DNA of 64,000 bases from positions 288,001 through 352,000 of the forward strand of contig CAWGYD010000006.1 in the NCBI GenBank assembly GCA_963826785.1, given 5' to 3'. Of this stretch, positions 10,503 to 19,032 are shown in pieces. A program made the position numbers and the translations under genes. Below the pieces are notes generated by a model, which did no database searches, was not told where the DNA came from, and saw nothing but the letters and a program-made list of their open reading frames with translations. The stretch is from an uncultured delta proteobacterium (lineage in GTDB: Bacteria > Desulfobacterota > Desulfobacteria > Desulfobacterales > Desulfosalsimonadaceae). Position 1 is the first letter of the stretch. The number at the start of each line of letters is the position of its first letter.

Positions 10503-10620
10503 GTAAGTCAAGCCACTCCAGAACATGCCGAAGGGCTCGCGGTAATCTGACAATTCCGTATCAATCCATCTCACTATCAAACCCAAATGCGGAGGTGCCC
10601 GACCATGGCTTCTTATGGCC
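10503..10620 (+). mobile_element. Probable left-end remnant of an IS110-family element (structured non-coding end, RBS and first codons)
   Basis: Nested inverted repeats; GGAGG (10591-10595) 9 nt before ATG GCT TCT TAT GGC (MASYG), which resembles the M-x-x-Y-G-x-I-D-L-H start of IS110 transposases before the sequence breaks off; family assignment is from recognition, not a search. Confidence 0.4.
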
Positions 10621-10708
10621 GACCGATTCCAATTTATCAATTTTAATGATTTGATCCCGCTCAGACAAGAAAGCAGTCCGCAACACCTTTCCGGAATTAC
10701 AATAACAG

Positions 10709-10727
10709 GTATACTGTCCCCCGAATT
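10709..10727 (+). repeat. Junction motif copy A (GTATACTGTCCCCCGAATT)
   Basis: Direct similarity to copies at 10788 and 11817. Confidence 0.75.
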
Positions 10728-10742
10728 CCACTGCGGTGCTCG

Positions 10743-10818
10743 GCTGCGGGACAATGGGAAAGAACAAGCACTATGGCTCTCTAATGGGTATTATGTCCAT
10801 GGAATTGGGACCGGAATT
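10743..10818 (+). repeat. Junction repeat copy B (GCTGCGGGACAATGGGAA..AACAAGCA..CTAAT..GTATTATGTCCATGGAATT, plus an extra CCGGAATT)
   Basis: Direct repeat with 11765-11835, flanking the GNAT TA pair. Confidence 0.85.
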
Positions 10819-11316
10819 GAAAGATTTTATAGCCAGAAACAGTCTCTGGCCGTCATCTCTTAATGGATTAAATCCAAAACGCTCATAAAAACGCTTGGCA
10901 TTATTATTGACGGCATCCACAACCAAGGCATAAACGGCGACTTCATCACTGACAGACAAAAGGCGCTTAACTGCGTCAGCAAGCAGCATTTTGCCGACTC
11001 CCTTTCCCTGGGCGAATTGGCTGACCGCCAGCCGGCCAATCAAGACGGCGGGGACCGGGTGTTTAGGTAATTTTCGAGATAGATTTTCAGGTAATTGGCT
11101 TAACTCGATCGACAAGCTGCTCAAAGTATAATAACCAACCACTTCCTTGGGGCGGTCTTTTTCCACGGCTACAAATACACGGCTGATATGGCGTTTAATA
11201 TCCTGTGTTGCCTGTTTCTGAAGGTAGTTGTCGAATATTTCAATCCCGCAAGAAAAATTTGGCCGGTCATGAGTCGTGTTGAGCGGTTCAATGATCAAAT
11301 TATAAAAATCATTCAT
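10771..11316 (-). CDS. GNAT acetyltransferase toxin (TacT/AtaT-like)
   Basis: HDRPNFSCG, FDNYL, GYYTLS, PAVLIGRLAVSQFAQGKGVGKMLL, VDAVNNNAKRFYERFGF. Confidence 0.92.
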   Translation of the reverse strand: MNDFYNLIIEPLNTTHDRPNFSCGIEIFDNYLQKQATQDIKRHISRVFVAVEKDRPKEVVGYYTLSSLSIELSQLPENLSRKLPKHPVPAVLIGRLAVSQFAQGKGVGKMLLADAVKRLLSVSDEVAVYALVVDAVNNNAKRFYERFGFNPLRDDGQRLFLAIKSFNSGPNSMDIIPIREP

Positions 11317-11606
11317 TTGCTAATGACACGCTGAGAGTGTTCTTCAAGGGCGTCCGTCAGTTCGCTGTTGAAGCGACCCTTAGCTGCCAAAGCATCGAAG
11401 AAAGCCTTTGAGTTCTTGGCATTTAAAGATATAAACTCATGATCATGAACGGTTTTTTTGGCCTGCTCCAAAGCACTATGTAAAACAAATTTACTGACAC
11501 TCTTTCCTTCAAGGCCGGCAGCACGCGTTAAAAGGCTTTTAACGCTACTCTCCAACCGGATGTTAATCCGTTCTTTATTGGTTTGCGTCGAATTTTTCAA
11601 AATCAA
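11313..11606 (-). CDS. DUF1778 ribbon-helix-helix antitoxin (TacA/AtaR-like)
   Basis: ERINIRL...LLTRAAGLEGKSVSKFVLHSALEQA...ISLNAKNSKAFFDAL; 4-nt overlap with the GNAT gene. Confidence 0.92.
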   Translation of the reverse strand: MILKNSTQTNKERINIRLESSVKSLLTRAAGLEGKSVSKFVLHSALEQAKKTVHDHEFISLNAKNSKAFFDALAAKGRFNSELTDALEEHSQRVISK

Positions 11607-11633
11607 TGTCCTTTTATTTCAAGGTATATTGGC

Positions 11634-11672
11634 GTTGACAAAAATGTACGTCATAATGGTGCCTTTGTCAAC
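11634..11672 (-). promoter_or_regulatory. Promoter/operator of the DUF1778-GNAT operon
   Basis: Minus strand TTGACA-17-TACATT inside the inverted repeat GTTGACAAA...TTTGTCAAC, consistent with autorepression. Confidence 0.65.
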
Positions 11673-11764
11673 AGGGGTTTGGTCGGAGATTTTCAATCAA
11701 TATATTGTGGCCTGTTTTTCAGATTACAGTGAGATTAATTGGTTACCCACTCATACATTGCCCT

Positions 11765-11835
11765 GCTGCGGGACGATGGGAACAAGCAGGCCTTATCCCT
11801 CCTCCCTAATAATTTAGTATTATGTCCCCGGAATT
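11765..11835 (+). repeat. Junction repeat copy C (GCTGCGGGACGATGGGAACAAGCA..CTAAT..GTATTATGTCCCCGGAATT)
   Basis: Direct repeat with 10743-10806. Confidence 0.85.
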
Positions 11836-12139
11836 CCCTATCCTATTTAATCCCCGCTACGCCCAGACCGCCACTATATTTCAGATCCTGCTGGTCGGAT
11901 TATTTTTTAATTTCTACTCAATGTTCTATGACCCGATCTTCGACAGTCTCAAGCGCTACCGGTTCATCCAGACCGCCACCATCGCCTGCGTAGCTTTCAA
12001 CCTGCTGCTCGACTATATCCTGGTGATGCGCATCGGCTATACGGGCGCGGCGGTTGCCACCGCCCTGACCTATTTTCTGTTTGCGGTGATCAAGGAGGTT
12101 TACTTCAGGACCCGGTGCAAAAATGCTTTGCCGGATTGA
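11822..12139 (+). pseudogene. C-terminal fragment of a flippase paralogue fused to the repeat-derived start MSPEF
   Basis: FNPRYAQTATIFQILLVG..FYDPIFDSLKRYRFIQ..GYTGAAVATALTY..IKEVYFR aligns with the C-terminus of the 5317 flippase (FKPQYAESAAVLQILLAG..FYDPIFDTLKQFRFLQ..GYIGAAYATSIAY..IKEFYFR). Confidence 0.8.
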
Positions 12140-12237
12140 AAGGTGAAATTATGGCATGGTGCGGGCGGTAATCAATTTTTTCTTTTTTTCCGGACTAAAC
12201 CGGTTGGTATTCAAGATGAGGATTTCGGATTTGGGTG

Positions 12238-12596
12238 TGGCTTCACGGAGAATATCGATATCATTAGTCACCCCAGGCCGGAATGTACGGCAGCTGCATG
12301 AGTACCGATGATCAGGTTTTACGAGATTTGCGTTTTATAACTCAAAGAACGCTTCGTCGCTTTTCTTGCCATGCTCACCCTCTGTTTTCAGGCAGCCGGA
12401 CGACATTCATTTATGGCGTTTAGCCGCTCTTCCGGAGAAAGGCCTTCAAACCAGAACCAAAAATCCGCCTCTTCGGCCTTGTCCATGGGAACACCCCTTG
12501 CCCTCCACTGCCGGCTATAATGTCTTCGCGCTTCCCCGTTCTTCCATACTGAGGTATCGCCTGAAATTTCAAGATTCCGTTATAATTCATCATTTC
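12238..12596 (-). pseudogene. Decayed second copy of the small-protein/nucleotidyltransferase pair
   Basis: Collinear with 9073-9440, e.g. identical ccgctcttccggagaaaggccttcaaaccagaacc; indels; NTase truncated after the DxD motif. Confidence 0.9.
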
Positions 12597-12701
12597 AGTG
12601 GGGAACAAAAGGATTGCGGGATAATTCGAAAAATCACGGGGACTTTTCACAAAAGATAACGACCTACGCATGGCGGCAGGTTAAAGGAGGGAAAGGCGTG
12701 C

Positions 12702-12738
12702 AAAGGAGGCGCCTATTAATTCCAGGCGCCTCCTTTTT
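12702..12738. terminator. Bidirectional intrinsic terminator
   Basis: AAAGGAGGCGCCT-loop-AGGCGCCTCCTTTTT just past the stop of the Ig-domain gene. Confidence 0.85.
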
Positions 12739-12758
12739 CATAATTTAACTATGATCTA

Positions 12759-15700
12759 TTAAGGCACTGTTCCACAAGGTAGCACATTAAAGGGTGATTC
12801 TGGGAACGCTTCTGCAATCACTGATTTTTCACTCGTCATGAGCGGTAGCCATTTCCGGGAATTGGTAATGTATTCCGTTCCGTATACCATACAGATGGCG
12901 GTAATCTGGTCCTCGACCCACCAAGCGTATTCCTTTTGGAAGATCAATTTGAAACTGGCCACACCGCTGTCATCGGTCATCACGGATGCTGGGATCGTGC
13001 CAGCTGCCGACTGACCTGGGGTGAGCGTGCCATTTCCCAAACCCGGCACCCGGTCACCTGAGGCCATATCCATTGAAATAATCCGGTAAATTCGGATTTC
13101 CGATATTATGCAGTCGCCGCATCTTCATCACCGTCAAGAAAAGCATTGTTATTGAGATCTTCATTGACGAAGTAAAAGGGAGGTTCCCGCGAGAGGATCT
13201 CGAGTATACAGTCGGTATTTGATTCCCGTCGCAGGGATTATCATAGCACAACATTCCACTCGTCATTCCAGTATTTCGTCCAGAACCCGTGGCATAACGC
13301 GTCGGGCATCAAGACTAAGAGATACCAAGAGTATCCCGGAACAGGATTGCCGTTAGTATCAGCGACCAAAAGAAATCGTCTGCTCATAAAGAGTATTGTC
13401 GGATTGGAGATTTGATATTGGTGGCATATCCGATGAAATATTCGCCACCCGGCCGGTGATCACTATAGAAACACCGTTATCTTCGCGATATCCCAGATCC
13501 TCACCTTGAATAATATCATTAATCGTAAAGCCAGTGCCGCCCCGATCATCACATCTGCATCCGTGACATCCCCGCAGGTTTCTATATGTAGCGTGCACTT
13601 CTTATCAGAATAATAATAAAACCGGTGGATTCCGGGCGCAGCATGGTTGGTTACAGGCCCCGCGGAAGTTACTGTAACTGTACTCCCGCTAATTGTTGCA
13701 TGAAACCCGGAATTAATTCAAGCGCATTCCACGTATTCTGAGCTATGCCCGTTGCAGATTCATTTGCGGCAATGGGAACTTGAACTCCGGTCTCCCAGGC
13801 ACAAGGGATCGTATAAGGAACATATGTCCACCAGAGACACAATACCACACATAATAATTTCGCCTGGGGTTGAAATTGTAAAATTTTACCAAGCAGACTT
13901 TCCGATAAATCAGCTTCGCATGTAATGGTGGTAATTTCCCTTTCGGTATAAGATGAATCAAATCCTGCCATAGCGTCAATGGCATTCTCTTGTTGCTGAA
14001 GTCACTTCACACTGGGATGCCCCAGAAACGATCCAACTTCAATCGGCGTTGATCCCGCCGGTGCCGGGTCAGTCCCCATCCCATCGATATTATACAAGTA
14101 ATAAGGGACATCGGGTTCGGCGGCATAGAAGCAAATAAATGGTGAAATAATCGTTATTGTCCAGTGTCGCTTCATCGACACACTGGATTCAGTGGTTTCA
14201 TTTGCACATCCCTTGGGATTCGCCCCCGGGCCCTGATCCGAACTGCGGATGCAGGATCGCTTCCGGTGCTCAATGAACGGAAGTAAACGTTGTCCTGGCG
14301 ATGCCTGCGGAATTGGTTACCGCGGAAACAGGAGAAATATACTCTCCGCCACCGGTGGTATTCTCCAGATAAAAATCAACAACCGCATCCCCAACCGGCC
14401 CCATACAAATCGATGATCTTTGCCTCAATAACAAGGCTATATTTAGATATCTCTGTACTGGGCGGAATATTGGTCTGGTTTGCATTAATCATGATATCAT
14501 GTGCCTGACTGGCCGGTGTATAAAATGAAATCTGGGTAAGATCGACCAATCAAGGATAAGTGGCTTTATCTCAGCATACGACCTGAATGGTGGCCACTCC
14601 GGCTTGCGCACTGGACAGATTCAATGTCACATTTAGATTATCATTATTGATCAGGTATTGGCTTTATGACTGTTTTTCCAGTTTCACCTTCCCATGCCCC
14701 AAAACTCGTGACAAAAACAATATTCTCTAATTGTTCATTCCGCCGGCGTGAATGGTGACCGCTACGTTTCCGCCGCAGCTGGGGCGGAATAGGGGCTGAT
14801 ACTGGGCATGGTAATATTGAATAGGTCATCTGGCTCACCAATGGTGTAAGTCCCCTCGACCGTCATATCCAGGCCTGTAGCAATGATGGTAGCTTCTCCT
14901 GTCAGGTCTCTCGCAGTTAAAACAATGCTCGATTTCGCCGTGCATAATTGGTTTTTGGATTACCGGTCGGCGGTAAGCCGGAAAGGGTAGCGTTGCTTAA
15001 ACCAGCATTAAAGGATACAACAAATTCCGCATTGTAAATGGGCATGCCATTTTCCGCATCCACTACTTTAATGATGATCTCCTGCTGTTCATAGGGCGCT
15101 GTCAGACTTGTACTGAGTTGTGCAGTGGAAGGAGTGATAGTGACTTCCGTTCCATATCGTTGAATCGGGATACTTGCGGATTTTTCGGCCAACTTGCGGT
15201 GATAGATGTATCATTGAATGGTTATCAGGTCCTGGATTTGATGATAACGGAAGCTTCGCCAGCTGCATCTGTATCCACGCTGGATGCGCTCATCTGACCA
15301 CCGGTGGTTTCAAAGCTGACGGCCACACCTTCAAGGGGGACAAAATTATCGTCCAGGATCAGCGCGGTGGTAGTCGCACTGTCTGTCCCATTGGTTTTAA
15401 TGGATGTCTTAGATGCTGATAAGGTAACGCTGTTTACAATAGGCACACCGGATGATCCACTGATGGAAACAGATCGGACTGAGTCACGTTTCCGGATTTT
15501 GCAACCACTATCTGATTGCCCGCAATGTCCCCCGCAATTAGAGAGGTATCAACTACGCCGGTATCCGTAATTAAAAGGATTGATATCAGAAAGCGTGCCA
15601 AAATCGTAAAGCAACGAAAATTCGATCAAATGTTCCTATCGGCACCGGCTTTCCATCCGTCCCCTTTCACAGACGCCGTGATCTTCGATAAACTCCTTGC

Positions 15701-18700
15701 CGTCTGCCGGAATCTCATCCCGAAAAGCTGTTAAAGTTATGGAGCTCACAATAGTCGGATTGTAAAATAAAACCTCAATGTCTGGGTGACACTTCCCGAA
15801 GTCGCTTTTACAATGGCAGTCCCCAGGAATAGCACTCGAAATCAAAGAAACGAAAACAGTACCGTCGTTTCCGGCTATGGTCGCAGAGTCAGGAACCAAG
15901 GTCCCTATTGCTCCGCCCGTACCAAAGCTAAAGATGATTTCGGTGCCCTGTGGCATCGGATCGCCGTTGGTGTCTGTAACAACGGCTTTTATGGTAGTTG
16001 AACTGATACCATTCGCAATTATAGTGTCATCAGGGGTTGATAAAGAAATCCCCCCAACGACAGCATCATTTGTTCCTTCGCCGGTAAATGTGATCAACAT
16101 GGATTGCGATTTGGATCCAGCCGTGGCTGTCACCTTGGCCACATCAGGCGAATCGGCTGCAATTAATGATGTGGTGACCGTGCCGGTGCTTCCGGTGGTA
16201 TAGAGGGTGACAGACTGCACCAGCGGCAATGTCCCAAAAGCGAAGCTGCCGCTATTGGTTGTAAAGACTACCGGGGTTCCCACGGGCACCGGATTGCCTG
16301 AAGTATTTTTAACGGTTGCGGTGATGGCGGTTGAACTTGAACCGTCAGCCGGAATGCTGGTCCTGGAAGCAGCCAGTGTAATCGAACCGACGACCACCGA
16401 ACCATCATCGATGATGATATTGAGCACCTGTGTGACGCTTCCGGAAACAGCGGTGATTTTGGCCACTCCGCCATCTTCGCCGGCCATCAGGGACGTGATG
16501 ATGGTTCCGGAATTATCGGCCGTATAAAGCGTTCTCTGGCTGGTTAAACGCTGTGCCTTCGCCATCCGGGTCGGTTCCGCCGGGGAATTCCCCCCGTGTG
16601 GTCTTGAAGGTGATGCCGGTTCCTTCCGGCATGGGGTTGCCGGTGGTATCGAATACTTTGGCGGTAATCGATGTCGAACCGGTTCCGGCCGGAATCGTGC
16701 TGGCTCCCGACGTAAGGGTCATATACCCCACAATTCCGGAAGGGATTCGGACATCAACACTGGTGGTGTCCACGATGCTGCTGTTGCTTGCGGCCCGGAC
16801 GCGGATCCGGTCGGTTCCTTCGGTAACACCGGCAATATAATTGACCGTGGCCCGGCCGTTGACGTCGGTGGTCTGTTTGACGGCGGAAAGGCTGCCGTTG
16901 GTGTTGTTGTCGTAAAGATCGAAGTAGAGCATTTCCCCTTCCACCGGCTGTCCGGCGCCGTTGTTGAGTTCGGCGATGATGGTGGACTGCGCGCCCGGCA
17001 GGACGGTTTCCGGCACGGCCTCGACATTCATGCCGCCGGCTTTTCCTGAGGTCAGCAGCACATCGACCCGGGCCTTGAATCCGTTGGCGTCTGCGGTGAC
17101 GGTGGCGGTGCCCCAGGTGGTGCCGCTGCGCAGGGTCACTTCGGCAAAGCCGTTCTGGTCCGTGGTTTTCTGGGACAGATTCAACGATCCCAGGGTGGTG
17201 GAAAAATCCACCGTGATTCCCGGCGCCGGCTGGTTGTTGTAATCCAGCACGGTGGCCCGGATGGTGGTGGTCGACCGGCCGTCCGCCTCCATTTTATCGG
17301 TACCGGCTTTGACGCTGATGGCGCCGACAATAACGGCATCGGGATCGACGGTGACGATTACCTTCTTGTTGACCCCGTTGCTGACCCGGGCCATGATCTC
17401 CAGATCAAAATTGCCGTAGACAGCGCCCAATGTCGAACGATAGACGCCGTCTTCCGCCTGGTCCGGTGTCATTTCCTTGGAATCGAGCACCTCGCCATTG
17501 CCGTAAGCCTGCCGCACCAAAAACGTCAGCCGCTGGTCATCCAGGCGATTGTTGTAATAATCCATGACGATGGCGGCGATGTTGAACTGGCCATTGGGCG
17601 GAACGATATCGGGAAGCGCATACATGACGATGTGATCGGCGGGACCGGGGATGAACTGGATATCCACCTGGGCGATAAAGCCGTCGCATTCCGCGCTGAC
17701 CGTGGCCGGTCCGGCAAATGTCGAGGAGAGCAGCATGACCTCGGCCAGGCCGATGTCACTGGAGGTGGCGCTTGCGGCTTTCAGCACCCCCGCGGTGGTT
17801 TTGAAGGTCACGGTCTTTCCGGCGGCGGGATTTCCGTCAATGTCGGTTACGGTGGCCCGGATCTTGACCTGGCTCTTGCCGTCCGCCACGATGGAAGGTG
17901 ATCCGGAGACTTACGGTAATCTCTCCCATCACAATGGCGCCCGGCTCGACCACGATGGTTGCGGTCGCTTTCATGCCGGCATCCTTTGCCAGCGATCCCT
18001 GCACCACATCGGATCCGGCATCTTTGCCGCAGGTGAAGGGCACTTCGGCCACGCCATTCATATTGGTGACAGCGGAAAGCGTATCGAGCCCGCCGCCGCT
18101 GGCGATGATCAGATTGGAAAAGTTGACGGTGACGCCCTCAATGGGGTTGTCATTGATATCGAGAACCTGTGCGTAAACGGTGGTGGCCCCCTTCGGACGG
18201 ACGGTGGATGGCGCGGCCCGCAAAGCCAAGGTGGCGGGATCGCCGGCGGTGAAGGTGACGGATGCGGCTGCAAAGAGACCGTTGGTCGAAGCGGTGATAT
18301 CGGCCGTACCGATGGATGTGCCGCTGATCAGCATTAAGGGCGCTTCACCATCCACATCGGTCACTGCCGTCTGGTTCCGGTTTAAAATACCCGGATCGAT
18401 GGGGTTTTCCTCAAAAAACTGCCCCAGGGTGGTTTTGAAATGAACGGTCACCCCGGGTTCGGGATTGCCGTTGGCATCGAGAACGGTGGCAATGACCGCC
18501 ACCTGGCTGCTGCCGTCGGCCTGAATGGCGTCGCTGCCGGTCCGCAGGGTGATGGTGCCCACCTTGTGGGGATCAAAAAAACGGACCTCGACTGCCTGGC
18601 GGGACCCATTGGCTTCCGCCGTCACCTCGGCGGTGCCGGAGGCATTGGCGGCGATCAGCTGGGCGATGGCAATTCCCGAGGCCTCAACGGTGGCCACCGC

Positions 18701-18973
18701 ATATTTCTTTTCCCCGTTGGGGAATTTTCCCAGGTTGGTCCTGAAGGTGACCTGTGTCCGTTTGTCCACCGGCTTTCCTTCAAAATCGGTCACCAGCGCC
18801 CGAATCGCGGTTGAAGATACCCCGTCGGCAGGCAGTTCAGCTTCTGCTGCAGAGAGACTGATTGACGCCGCATCATAACCAGGAGTTCCTTGATCGCTGC
18901 ACCCTATCAGTAAAAATGCAAGAAAACTTACCAGTAATAAACGAAAAGTTATCTTTGCATATGCGTTTCTCAT
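12759..18973 (-). CDS. Giant (~2000 aa) invasin/intimin-like Big_1 Ig-repeat lipoprotein; many frameshifts in the 3' part
   Basis: Signal peptide with lipobox LLIGC; repeated ADGxSxxxIxAxVxDxxGNP...VxFxTxxG units across ORFs 17837-18973, 16513-17889, 15636-16565, 15225-15446, 14917-15192; Ca-loop-like NEDLNNNAFLDGDED near 13120-13166; C-terminal fragment 12759-13073. Confidence 0.8.
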
Positions 18974-19032
18974 GGAAAAGATCCTTTCAATTTCTATTTT
19001 ACGGCGGCCTGCCTGTTTCACTTTTCGTCTCA

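Noticed and set aside
10461..10863. ORFs 10461-10754, 10561-10767 and 10615-10863
   Set aside because: They run across a patchwork of repeats and fragments and show no coherent protein signal
10691..11835. Integron attC cassettes
   Set aside because: No RYYYAAC...GTTRRRY imperfect palindromes at the junctions and no IntI gene in the window
12759..17900. Many separate small genes or programmed frameshifting in the Ig region
   Set aside because: Fragments join into one repeat protein through single-base indels of the same kind seen in nrdD; best explained as errors or decay, with no slippery-site pattern
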